A stretch of 64,000 bases of DNA from contig QPGO01000024.1 of NCBI GenBank assembly GCA_008632985.1, forward strand, positions 511,848 through 575,847, written 5' to 3'. The translations under genes were made by a program, and so were the position numbers. The notes below the pieces were generated by a model that was given only the letters and a program-made list of their open reading frames with translations, did not search any database and had not been told where the DNA came from. The stretch's first letter is position 1; every line of letters begins with the position of its first letter. Source of the stretch: Psammoneis japonica (Eukaryota). Shown here piece by piece: positions 10,334 to 23,461 of the stretch.

Positions 10334-13300
10334 TGTGAAAGACTCCCAAAGCACCAGGACTGTGACAACACGAGTGCTGGTAGATGAGAAAGTGAGAAGC
10401 AGATCTCAGAGAGATCTGTTCGTCTATCTAGATGGTCCGGTCATCATCCGTGTACAGTCTGTCCATCATGCAACATGCATGGGTGGGCTGACAACCTCCC
10501 CTGATCTGCAATGTCTCAACACAGAGAGCAGTGCAGATCAAAACAAAGAACAGGGATGATGCAAACAGACCGGACAACAAAACAAGGAGTCCAGGCTCAA
10601 CTCGCAATCATAAAGGAACCACACAGCATGGGGCAATGACATCTCCAAAAAGTCTCCAAAGGCAGCTGGGCGCATGTGCTGATCCAACGGAGTCTTCGAC
10701 AAAAACATCAAAGGTGGTTTCCAATGAATCTTGAAGATAAATCGAGTCTTGCACCAAAGAAATAAATTTGTCAATCAATGAGCAATCGATCACAGAAAGA
10801 CATTCTGGCGAGTCACACTGTCGCCAAATCTCATCGGAAGGGATGGGGCCAGAAAATGCAAACCCACCATGGTGGACAGTGCGGCAACAAAGAAGCAATG
10901 GCAATCCACCTGACAAAAAAATGCTTCCACCACCGGATGTGTCGCCCCTGAAGAACACATTGGACAAACAAAATGCATCGTGCAGTCGCTCAACGTCGGA
11001 AGAACAGTGACGCATCGCAGGTGAGCATCGCAAGGCCTTCAAATGATGGTCGTCAAGCAAGGTTTCTTGATTGAATGTGATGTTCTCAACAGCCTGACAT
11101 GCTTCCTCTGTGCCACAGGGTTCCCTCCCCTGATCTAAAAATGTGGGGTCATCGTCGGGGACAGTCGACAGGTCGGGACCACCAGGAAAAATGCCACTCG
11201 ACACCACAGTGGTCTTGACAGCGAAGGAAGAAGTCAACACACTGGAAGAGTTGGTGTGATTGTCAATCTTGCACAGTTCTTCTGCACAATGTTGCTCCCT
11301 CCTTTGACAAGAAAATGAAGGATCATCATCAGCGATGGTGGATGTGTCCGGAGTGCCATGAAAAGTGCAAACAGACGTGACAACGGTCCTGACAACGGAG
11401 GAAAGAGACGGCACAGCGGAAGGCAGCAAGACTCGGTGGCCCTCTTTCATAACAACCCCGCTTCCATTGGTGTCTTGTTCGGACAATGGAGGGAATGGTG
11501 GCGTCGCACATCCGAAATTGACGACGGCCGAGCCAAAAATCCGAGGACGAAGTAACCTGACAACCAACAGAGCTCTGGCTGCGTCCACGGGCATCATTCG
11601 CATCATGCGACGGTGCCACAGAGAGGCAGCAAACAGCTCATGGGTGACCTTGGCAACACAGTGTGATCCATCCAATGGATTAAAGTGAGCCCCATTGTGT
11701 GAAACAATGGGGTTGCCAGACACAAAAAACTTCGGGGTCTTGAGCAGGCAAGCGTGGAGGTCGGCGGGAAATGCCACCAATCCGGCAGACAATGGAAGTG
11801 AGCCGGTGCCAACAATTGCAGATGGCTCACTCGGAGGAACCACAACAGATGTGGGAGACTTGACATCCAGTGCAGTGGCATTCATGGGATCAATCCGAGT
11901 GCCCGTGAAGAGTGCACCTTCATCTTGAGTCACATCTGCATCATCTTGGCTAGAGGACTCGGTGGCGGCGTCCATCTTGGAATCTTCAAATGCATGATTA
12001 GTCGAAGACGAGGCCGGAGGTGAGGAAAAGAGCAAAGAGGCTTTCTCATGTCCGTCACGGTCACCGGAAGGTGAAAGGTCTGGATGGCGTTGATCCTTTG
12101 CATGAGGAGGTCCGTCCATGCCCTCGTCGAAGCGCACATTCGTGTCCATCTTGATCTGAGAGTTTTCAGGATCCTGCCACAGGACGCGCTTGTTGGCATC
12201 AGATGAACAACCAAGGAAAACACCCTTCTTGGGGACGGGGTGCAACTTGGAGCGACGGGAACCAGGTTCTCGAACCCAAACACGAGAACCAATTTCAATC
12301 TCCCCAGTGGCCTTGATGTCAGGAGTTGCACCCTGATCCACAGACACAACAGGCGCAGTGGATTCTCCAGAAGACAAACTGGTGGGCACAATGGATGATG
12401 TAGACCCCGATGAGGAGTCACATGACACATCAACAAGATCATGAATGCTTGTAGAGGGAAGAGGTGCATTCATCGTTGGAAGAGGCACAAGAGCTCCTTG
12501 TTTTGCATGTGGCACACAATTGGATGGAAGATGCATGTCAGCACCTCCAGGATGCATGGTTGCATTTGCATGGAGTGGCATGGTCGCTGATGAAGGACCA
12601 CGCCCGGTCATGACGGAATCGCAGACGCCAATCAATGAGGAATTCACACTCATCGCTGGATGAGGTAGATGTTCTTGTGGAGGTCGACACTGGGGTGCAT
12701 CATGCGCAGGAGCACCTCCATAACACTTTGCAGTTGTCGAATGTGGTTGTGTGTGACGTGACGCGACATCATGCGACGTCGTTGCGAAATGGTCCGTGCA
12801 CATCAACGAAGGATTCACACTCGATGACTGTGGAGCCATGTGAGCTTGTTTGGATGCACATGGGGAAAGAGAAAACTCTTTCCAATCTCTGTAATTCCAT
12901 GTCATGTCAGGATCAACACACACATGTTGGGTGGAGATGAGAACAAACAGGGATTGTTCATTGTTCAGGAGATTCGTCTTGATCAACTTTGACAAGATCG
13001 GAGTCGTCAAACGGACTGGACGAGGTCTTTGAGAGTCAACAAGTCGGAACGGGGCTTGATCCATAATTGTCTTGATCGATTGTACATCTGTGGGATCAGC
13101 TGTGTAGGGTGGAAACGCTTCGTGGATGAAGCAATCACGAAGTGTGTCCGCGAAATCTTTCTTGGGTTGCGCATGCTCTGGGTCATCAAAAAATGGGTCA
13201 AGATCAGTCATGGAGTCCGCATAAATTGCACTCAGGCAATTGTGCAGATGTGGCATCGCAAGCTCAAACAGACATTGGACAGCACCAAATCTTCAATGGT

Positions 13301-13370
13301 CAACCCTCGACCCTTTGGAGTGTGCTCAAGGAGTGGCATCTTCGGGAATCTAGACTTCCAGAACAGCATC
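10334..13370 (-). mobile_element. Ty1/Copia (CoDi-like) LTR retrotransposon remnant, internally deleted and 5'-truncated
   Basis: The 882-aa ORF 10608-13256 contains the Copia post-integrase segment GSRVWVREPGSRRSKLHPVPKKGVFLGC...NVRFDE. On the minus strand a polypurine tract AGGGGAGGT directly precedes TGTCAG (LTR start at 10493). The far LTR end (~10334) is tentative. No RT, RNase H or integrase core was seen. Confidence 0.75.
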
Positions 13371-14700
13371 AGAAAGACAACCCCCCCCCTCTCCTTGGTC
13401 TGGGCTGCTCAGATTGGATCACACATGCAGTGCTCATGGGAGGACATTTGGGAAAAGTGCAACAAGGTTGTTTGTGGGCATGATGCAGATGCAAGAAAAT
13501 CCTCACAATGATGACAAGAAGAGGCTGAACTCACTGCGCTGCACACAACAAATGCCAAAAACACCTCACAAAAGATCAAGAGGCTCTTGTGGATTTGTTG
13601 GAAGAGCATGTGACACATGGCACCTCAAGGATGCAAAATTGGGTTGCCATGATTAAACTGAGACCAAAAGCCAGCATCAGAAAGGTGAAGCGCTTCGCAG
13701 CACTCGCGCCATTGCCAGCTGCTTTGGCGGGGCATCACCTTCCAGTGATGCCCATCCCAGCCAGTCATTGTCTCTTTCTGCTGCATTGCCATTGTGCGCT
13801 GGAAGTGTGGGTCAGCCAGCACTGGCATCATTGGCAAAGGAGTGACAGCGCCAAAAATTAGATCAGTTTTTTGCCCCTTTCATCAAATGTTTGCAACACA
13901 TGAAGTGCACAAAAGGATGTGACACACTTCAAGTCACAGCACTTTGACACCCATTGTGATGCAAAGCTTTAAATTGTCATCACAGAATGAATTGGATGCC
14001 ATGCTTGCTCTTGGCTCTGAGCTGGCAACGTCACGGCCTTTGCATTGTTGGGCAGATTCGCTTGTTTGCGCCACTTTTTGGAAAGCTCAGAAGCAAGTGA
14101 AGTGGTCCCAAGACCATCCTTGTGAAAGTCCTTGCAGCTTTACACTCAGCCATTTGTGGCATCCATGTCAACTGCCTCTTGATTGTGGTCTTTGCTTTTG
14201 GCGAGTCAAGCACACTTCTTTCCTTGACCAGCGCTTTTCTTGACATTTTGTCTTCTTTTGGCAGAGTGAGGAGGAAAGTGTCTCCCATGCATGCAGCTCA
14301 CTTTCATCTTGTGTTGAGTTTTTTTGGCACTTTTTTGCCTCTCCTGCAAAGAAAAAAGCAATGGAGCATGAGCACAATGGCACAGACACACCACTGTGAT
14401 CCAAGTCTTTGTGCGATGTTGTGTGTTCTCCAAAACACAGCTTGCTGTGTGCAAACTTTTGATGTGTGTCAGAGCTTTGATGCATGAGAAGAGGAGCACA
14501 AAATTAAAAAATGAGAGTTGGCAGACGGATCGCCTCCATTGCACTCACCTGGGTCGGTTAAAGCTGCCAGTGTTGCCGTGTTGCAAGTGCGGCGAATTTT
14601 TTTCTCCGCAGAAAACGAACACGAGCCATGGCCAAATTCGAGGTTAAAAATTGAGAGGCGACCGGCCACCTTTAATCACGCACCCAAACATTTTTTATAT
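13371..14700. mobile_element. Unclassified degenerate TE-derived block
   Basis: TA/CG-depleted composition that reverts to normal around 14600-14700. Confidence 0.45.
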
Positions 14701-15091
14701 ACAGACAAACACGCTCTCACGTTCACACAAGCCAAAGGCGGATTTGCATCATCATCATCGATAAAACAACAAAAAAAACAAGGTGAAAGGTTCATGTTGC
14801 AATAGCACATAATAGCATCGAAGCTCCACGGGTACTAAATCGATGGCTCCATATGCTCACAAGGTAAATTGCAAGTGTTGTTAGTAACGTATGTATCATT
14901 TTTTTTTCATTTCGAACCAGAACGCTGAAGCTACTTGTTTTCGATGGAATTCTTCGTCCCGATCTTGTTGTGAAGCCAAGGTAAATGACACTCAGCATGA
15001 ATTATTAACACTGCTTTGTCTCTTCTCTCGCTAGATTGAGGTAGATCCCACTGAATGAAAGCCCTGCCATCACGCTCTTTAGGTAGCAACC

Positions 15092-18000
15092 ATGGATCGC
15101 GTATCTGCAATGCTCGTGCTCCTCGTTGTTCTTGTGACCGCACTTCTCGGTCTGCTTGCACTATTTACGGTGGCGCCAATCTTTTGCTCGTGTTTGGTGT
15201 CGTTGTTATATTCCCTCTATTTCTTTCTATCCAATGAGGAGAGCGGTATTCATCACGCACAAGAATTTGAGAATCGGTTTTGGACAGTCTTTGCCATTTT
15301 GCTAAGTACAGCTATATTCTTTGCAAGTGATTCCCCGGCTGCCTTTGTAAGCCGTTGGAGTCCTAGTCTCGGATTCTTTTCTGTGCTTTTGTCAGCCTTT
15401 GGAATGCACGCGTGGGACCGACATGTTCATCGAACGGAAATATCTCAGCAAGTCGCAACAAAATTACGAAGAGGCGCAACGGCAACATCTTCGTTGAATA
15501 GACTGCAGGCACTGGGTATTCCCGTAGAGGATCAGTTGGCCGAGATCAATTCGTGTCTGCGAGACATTGATCAAATGTTAATTCCGAGCACTATCAACAA
15601 TTTGATCAACTTGCGTTTTGTCATGAGGAAGGAACGAGAGATAATCAGCATATTTCAGGATTGTGATGCCCGCGCACTCAACTACCTTGTAATGCATGTC
15701 AGGCTGGGGCTTGTATTTTACAAAATCAAAGACCATCGAAATTTTTCGGGACAACACCGCACCGAGCTAATCCAGCTCTTAGCTGTCGATCGTCTGGTGG
15801 TTTTGACTGTCATGTCCCGCGTGATTGTTCTTCATGCTCTTCAGGGCTTGAAGCTGCGGGCTAATCCCCGTGCTGAACATTGGGTGCGAAACATCTTGCT
15901 TTCCACGAGACAAGACGATTTGTCCGAACTGAAGACGCTCACTGACGCCAAGGGGATGTATCTGGACATGAACAAGCTTTTGTATGATGACATCAAATCA
16001 GAGACTGTAAGACAAGATATTCTGGCGCATATTCGACGAGAAGCCGCGATCCAGCAGGCACACATGCAAATGGGAACTAGAAGAGGCAGGCTCAGGCGAA
16101 ACCAAGCTTGGCGCAAGGTGTTGTCTGACGTAGACGACACATTGTTTTGCAGTGGAGGCTCGTATCCTGCCGGAGTTGATAAGAGATACGGAAAGAAAGT
16201 GGTGTATCCAGGTGTTTTGGGATTTTATCGTGAATTAGACTTAGGTACTCAAGGACCATCAGAGTGGCCTGACAAAAGGGTGGGGAACCTCGTTTTTCTG
16301 TCTGCACGACCGCACTTTTATAAGGACGTGAGTGAAAAGCACAATTTTGCAAAATTTGAAAAACTTCAGGTGCTTGCTGAGGGACGGAAGGGAATGCATA
16401 CTGTTCCCTCGTTGCTCGCTGGAGATATCGCGTCGGGCCGTGACTACATTGTTACCAACGACATGGAGCCGCTGGCGCTTAAGAAATTTGACAACTTCAA
16501 GCGGTATGTATCGATTTATCCTGAGTATACACACGTGTTCGTCTGCGACAACGGTCAGGGAGATGTTCGTGCAGGCGAGCTTATGTTTGATTCTTTCCCT
16601 TACGAGTTCGAGGCAATGTATGTCCATGTCGTGAGAGAGATAACAGAAACCCATGGGTACGCACCCGAACGTTGGAAGCAGAAGGGACTCAGACCTTGTT
16701 TCTTTAGAACCTACCCAGAGGCAGCTTTGGATGCCGCCACCCGACAGCCGCCCCTCATACGAGTCTCTGGTTTGTATCGGGTTTGTCATGATGCTGTAAA
16801 GGATTTCCATCTGATCCAGCCCAAGCAGTGGCCTTCGCAAAGTCTGAAGTGCGAAAGGCGAAGCGAATTGAATCAGGCCATTTGGAGAGCCAACCGATTT
16901 TTGCTTTCCCAAGACTTTCAACCTGCTCCAATGATAGACTCGGAACAACTGTGGAAAGATGGAGAAAAAGTAAGAACGCCATACGGAATTGCAACCATTC
17001 AGTCGTTTGATCCAGTTTTCGACATGTATGAGGTAGCACTGGACTGGCGGCCTCTAGACGTACAGGTAAGCGAGCTCGCATCTCACCAGAAGATAGAGGT
17101 ACCCGCCAGTCCCGCTCGCGAAAACAAGAACAAAGCTCTGGAGACGGTCCCCGAAGCTGAAGAGACCGAGGATCCATCGACTCACAACAGTGAGTTTCTG
17201 GAGCCAGAGTTGATTGCAGAAAGTCCACAGTACGACATCATTGTTCCCACACCGTCCTTTGAAAGACTACAAGATGCAGAAATAGATAGTGATCCTGATG
17301 CGACCATCACGAATTCATCGCCCTTAAAGAGAGAAAGCAACGTCGTGCACGAAAGGGAGGATGGTGCCTTAAGTGACAGTAGAGACGTCGACGAAAAGGG
17401 AAAGGCAGAGAGCCATGCTGGCGACGACATGAACGGTGAAATTCGTAATTGGGAGCCGATTTATGCCCGAATTCACGGCAGGGATATTTCAAGGTATAAA
17501 CCCCCTACGCTTCCAAAGCTTCAGGAAGGCCGAGGCTCCCTGTTCTCTTTCTGGGGTGCGGAAAGTAACAAAAAAGTATCGTTTACCCCGGGTGATAGCT
17601 GCACGACACGATATGGTCCAGGTACAATTGTCGAATACAGAGAAGTTGATAGTTTCGTGGTTGTTGATATGATCGGATGGCATGCACGAGCTTGCCTGCA
17701 AGAGTCATATGTCACTTGTGCTTCTACTGGGGTATTGAGACGATTCATGCGCCAGTTCAGCAGTGGAGAATCTGGACGCAAACCAGCCGAGTTCCCGTTT
17801 GTAAGAGGCACAATGATAAAAACTCCCTTTGGAGAGTCCATTGTCGCTCGACCGTTGCCGATGAATTCTCAGACTGACATGTCGGGAGCTACGCACCAGA
17901 ATCGAACAATAGCTGCAAAGGATAGTTGTCAAACCCTTTGCTTAAGTCTTACTTCATGGACGCTTGCGGACGAATCACACCCCATGCTGTACTGTACTGT

Positions 18001-18845
18001 GGAAACGGCTCGCGCCTGGAAGGACGTGAAACCTTCTTCTCGTTTTCTCTCCAATTTTGGGTACCTTGTTTCAAGGGGATTTCGACGACTTCGTCCGGAG
18101 ACAATCAAGCGTGAAGAGCAGCAACTTTCGCCGCAATTCGAGCAATTCTATTCGGCAGGTGCTGCTGTCACAACACTCTATGGGGATGGCGTCGTTCGAA
18201 TATTCCGCGACGATGACGGCTTCTATGAGATAGATCTTACCAACTGGTATCTGGCAGATAACTCCAACGCTCTTGCAATTCTTCAGAAAGATGATATAAG
18301 CTACCGAATCGCAAAAGGATGCCATGAAGGCTATCCTGTTTTGACGAGCTTTGGTGTTTCTGGCGCACTTGCCTCCGTTGTACCAAATACAGGTGAGGCT
18401 GTTGTTTGTAGACATTCGGAGAAATTTGTGTACTATCCGCACTGTTGCTCAACTGACCTGCTTTCTGTAACCTAAAGGAATTCATATTGTCACTGTGCCT
18501 TCTGCTGGCATGGTCTGCTACCTTCAGCCACAAGATGTAATTCGTCCACTCAAGGCGGCCACAGGAGAAGACGTGTTGACGGCTTACGGTGAAGGACGCG
18601 TGCTTCGGTACCGATTGGAAGATGACATGTATGTGATACGGTTGAAGGGGGTGAAGGCCACCCTTTACACAAAAGGCGAAACTTTTGATCGTGTAAGCGA
18701 TGGGATGCAAGACAGAGATGGTGCTTTTGGAATGCGATGGCTATTTCAGTTCTTTTATCCAACCGACAATAAAAGTCAACGAAGTCGCAGCAACAGCATT
18801 ATCAGCCTTAGTGTTCGCAGCCAGAGTGGCCTCAGCGTAACATAG
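15092..18845 (+). CDS. Membrane protein with HAD-like APP1-type phosphatidate phosphatase domain and C-terminal T-x-[YF]-G-x-G repeats
   Basis: 1127-aa ORF plus a terminal exon (intron 18393-18477, GTGAG...AAAG). N-terminal TM helices. Motifs LSDVDDTL, FLSARP and DNGQGD. Repeats TPYGIA, TRYGPG, TPFGES, TLYGDG, TSFGVS, TAYGEG. Confidence 0.75.
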
Positions 18846-18920
18846 GACTGAACGATATAGAATCATTTTTAGAAATTTTGATTCTTAAAGGGGGCTGGAG
18901 TTAAGGGGATCACTATCGGC

Positions 18921-20389
18921 TTACGATCTTTTTTGCTTTGGTGTCGTTGGGGCGAAAGGAGGCGCCGGTGCGACTGACATTGGAAGCAGCACAAAATAGA
19001 TATTCGGACCAAGCGTCTGCTTTATATTGGCCCTCCAACCTTGATCAAAGGGGTTGACTAGTCGGGGCCTTTCCTCCCTGTCGACTGTTCGACCGCCGTT
19101 TCTAATTCGCGTGAGGAAGTCAGCCTCGATCTCGCAAAGTCGCACACGGTGCTCAAGAGTTGTTCGTCCCGTGAGCACGTAAAATACGTGCCAAGCCAGA
19201 AAAGCTGACATGATCACCCCAAGTCCAAAAAGTAAACAAAATGTCATCTTGAGAACAACCTTTGTGTCAATGGCCGTTTTTCCAACGGCATGCCGACAGA
19301 GTTCCCAAGGAGGAGGCAGCTGCAAAGCCTTTACCATGGATTGCCATGAGCGATCCATTATGTCAGGGAGAATCATCATTCTAAAAGGTTCAACCAGCAA
19401 GAAACCGCCATACCAACATGATGCCGTGATATGAAGGAGAAGTGAGAAGAAGGACCGGTAGTTGTTGTATCCAATGCAATTATTGACCCAAGGGCAATGA
19501 TGATCCATCTTTGCCGAGAAATTGAATAACATAAATTGTGAGCAACCACCGATCCTCGTGTAGTGCTATCATACTAGAGTGTAGGTTTTCTCACCTGCAA
19601 TATACATCGATTGCAAGTGGAACAGTGATGGCAGCGAGGCGGTCTCGTTATCTTGCATTTCTCACAATAGCTTGGATATGGAGATGGAAAGAATTCTACA
19701 GTCGCCGTTTCTTGCAGCCCGTTTTCAACCGGCGTATCGTCCAAAGCGGTACGATACAAAGCCACCCGCTTGAGTTCTTCTTTAACGCTCCAAACTGGTT
19801 CTACAAAGCAGCATCCACCCTGTCCATCAAGGCTAGACCATCTTTTGAGCGCCGAGTCACTAGACGGTGCATCTTTCTGTGAGGATGAGTCATGTTGTGT
19901 GTTCATGGAGGAAATTGCAACACCAGGCGAACTCCTGGTGGTTTGAATCAGATTGTACAAGATCATTATGACGAAATAGACGACCAGACTCGTATGAATG
20001 TGACTCCGTGTACAGCTGGGGCATGAAACTCCCTCAGCCTCCAGGACGTCGATTGTGTCGCAACACCATCTCCGCACCAACAGGCTTCTCAGAGAAACGA
20101 GATATGCCCAAAAACAGAACAAGACGATGATCACGGCGGAAAACGGAACCACGGGTCGCCAGGCCTTTGTCAAATTGAAGGCATCCACAAGTATGTTCAA
20201 ACGACTTTGGTTGTAGAAATAAATCGCCAAGGAGCGGACCAATCGATAAATCCAATGCAGCTGATGAAACTCATCTGGGCTCCGTATTGCGAGATTGAAT
20301 TCAGACCACGTTTCCCGCCATTGAGACACATGATAAGGAGGCCTTTTGTCCTCTTGTTCTTGCTTGTTTCTCGTTTGCCGTGCTGTCAT
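18921..20389 (-). CDS. DHHC-type palmitoyltransferase
   Basis: [24 protein letters not shown] joins [13 protein letters not shown] across intron 19509-19594. TTLE and NPFDQG motifs. Start MTARQ at 20389. Confidence 0.93.
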
Positions 20390-20519
20390 GATTGAATCAA
20401 ACTTGCATATGTTACAATATACAAGCGAAGCAACAAACACAGGGAGACGAACATAAGCAACGTGATACGATAGAGGTAAAATGGAAATACGAGTACGGTA
20501 GGTGACAGCACTCCGGAGG

Positions 20520-23050
20520 CGGACGCACGATGCCAGACGAATAAAAGAGCACAACCAGGCCAGCCCGCCCAGCCATGCCCGCCATGCCACACCAGCCACC
20601 CCGCCCCAACGCAATGACCAACAACCACTTCCAACTTCTTTTGTCATGTTTTGGCCATGGCATGTGGACTGCTTTGCTTCGGCAATTACAGCAATTGACC
20701 AGATGCCATTGTCAGAGAAACAAGCTTTCAGGATTGCAGACGATGGGAAAGTCCAGCAAGAAGAAGCGCCAACGACAGGAGGTCAAAAGGGATCTGGAAA
20801 AAGTGCCAACCCCACAACCCTTGACGAACTCCATCCAAAGCAAACAAGAGATGGCATGGGTCAGAAGACCTCATCTTTGGCATCAGATCTCAAATGCCAC
20901 CAAGCAAGGAACCACTGAGTCCACACCAGCTCCGCCACTGTGGAGTCTCCAAGAAGAAGCAAGAAGAGTGTGTCAAGAAGCGTCTCATTGAAAAGGAGAG
21001 AGAATGACAAGAATCATTGCTTGCACTTGATGCCAGAGTAAGATGGCAAACTGTTTGACTCATGCCAAAAGGAATGTCATCAAGCTTTGTCTGGGAGAAT
21101 TTGAGTTGCTTGGCACAGCCAATTTGTGCAAACTTTGATCTGGCGTTTGACGTTTGATGTGTTGCACAAAAACAGGCTGTTCCTCTGTGATGCCATTCAG
21201 GCAGGGGGCATGAAGGTGTCACAAACTCAGGTGTCACAAACTCTCATTAGAAATCCAGAATCTCAACCTGTTGCCATTGGAGTTGCAGCTCTTTTCACAT
21301 CTCCATGGAGCACTTGTCCTGTGTCCTCTTCCAAGCAAAAAGATGGTGGCGAAGACCAAGCCATGTCACATCTCATCAGTTTGGGGCATTCCCATGAGGT
21401 TGCAAAGGCCTTGTGGTTGATGAGGCAACTGAGTTGCAATCTCAAAGAAAGAACTCACCAAACCCTGGAAGAAAACATGAAGCCTCATGTCAAGGATGGA
21501 CTTGTCTGCTCTGTGAGCTGCTCATCAATGCTTGTGAATTGAGCCAAACCATCAAATGCCAAACAGCGCTTGAAACAAGACCCTCTTTGTGGAATGGGCA
21601 AAATGAGTGTCAGTTGGCATTGACATTTGGGCTTGCTGGATTTTTCTTTTGTTGCAGTCTGTCACTCATTGTGAGGTGGTGGAGAACAGCTGTCAAGGGA
21701 CACAATGCGGGCATGCCATGAAGAGTTGTGCTCTTTGAGGAGTGTCTGGCAAGGACTTCCCAACACTGCCTTTGGTGATGCCATTGCCCAGCAGCACTCT
21801 TTGCCCTTTGCTGAACAACTGAACTGCAAACATGAGTGCACAGTGACAGCTGGACAAGAACAAGTGTGGCACAGTTCCACACATCGCATTGTTGCAGCAC
21901 GCAAGGGACACGGTGCATGGCAGCACATTTGAGACAAATGCCAAAGCACACTGCATGAGGAGGAGAAAGAAACACAAAGAAGGAGCTGCAGGCACCCAGC
22001 AAAAGAAGCAAGAGACTCTCTTTGGCAAAAAAGGCAAGGGCGGAACAACAGCCACTGCATGAGCTCCAGTTTGAGTGGCTGCATCAGTGGCATGTTCAAG
22101 GCAAATTGCATGCATTGTTGCATCTGCACTGGCACAAACCAATGAAGCTGCTGTTAAAGTGGTGCCCAGAGCTCAAAAAATGTTCAATTGAAACTCTTGG
22201 TCTGCCACAAAGAGTTGCCAAGAAAACAAAACAAGGGACCATGTTGGATCAGGGAAGTGTGTTGATGCAGCTGCTTTGGTTTGCGAAGATTTGCATGATG
22301 TCATGATTGAGTCATTGGAAGGGCAGATCCAACTTAACATGCAGCCCTGCCCATGCCTTGTGTTCAGCCTGCATGCACAAGGATGGCTGCAATCTGAGTT
22401 GAGGGAGGGGGGATTTGAAGGCCACACTCATCAAGCTGAGAAAGTGGCACGCAACATTTGTTCGCAAGAAACAATCTGTGATGAGAAAAAAGGTGGGTGA
22501 CACAAGAGGATGCAGGTGGACTGGCAAAGAAGGAAAGGAGCAAAACTGTGCCAAATTGGGCATTGTTGAAAGGTGCAATGAAGTGACTGAGGATTCTTGT
22601 GTGCAACGGGATGGACTCTTTTAAATGCTGGCTCCACTTTCTTGTCATGACTCTGTGACAGAACATTGCTTGGCAAGAAGTTGACTTGGATGCATTGACT
22701 GCATTGGCTTCCACTGTTTGTGTTGACAAATCCCAAATTGGAGTTTTGCTTGCTCCACCCAAGCACATGTTTTGTGGTTTTGGCAAAGAACAATGTTCTC
22801 CACTTGCAAGAACATGAGACACAGAGAGAGCTGGTCCTTCTTCGAGAATTCATCTCTGGATGTCCCACGGCAAAGCTCAGAACACCACAACTCAGCAATG
22901 ACAAGGTGCCACCAACCAATGCAATGTTCAATGGGGTGCATCCCTTTCTGCAGCTCCATGTTCTGCTCCAACAAACAGCTGCAAGGTGCGCCTCAGCAGT
23001 GCAGAACGCCACTCTCTGTGGTCGGAACGTGTCCAGAGAAAGAGAGCACC
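20520..23050. mobile_element. Unclassified degenerate TE-derived block
   Basis: About 2.5 kb with very few TA dinucleotides between two normal genes. No recognisable domain. Confidence 0.5.
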
Positions 23051-23461
23051 TGCTACACGTTGACTTGACAGAAGCGAAAGGCGTCGACACGCGAATTCGT
23101 GCAGTCTTGCCGGTGGCACATTGTCAATCTCCGAGCTACATTGCAATCTCTTTCAAATTTTCATGCTGCTGTAACTCAAAACTCCCTGCAACGTCCGTGT
23201 GACGTCAGTCTTGACGATGGCGGCGTTCCAGCTTTCCGCGCGCAAGCTGAGCTTTGCGTTGATGTTGATCGTCGAAGCCCGGAACTAACAAGTTCGCGAT
23301 CAAAGCGACGATGCCTGAGATTCAAAATGCCAGAAGACTGAAGCTGACAGCTGATAGCGATATTAATAACGAGAACCGAGCATCGTCTTGAAAGCTTCCA
23401 TCTGCTCAGACACATCGCCATACTTTTTCTTCGCTCTGAAGTATTTGTCTGGACGCGACAT

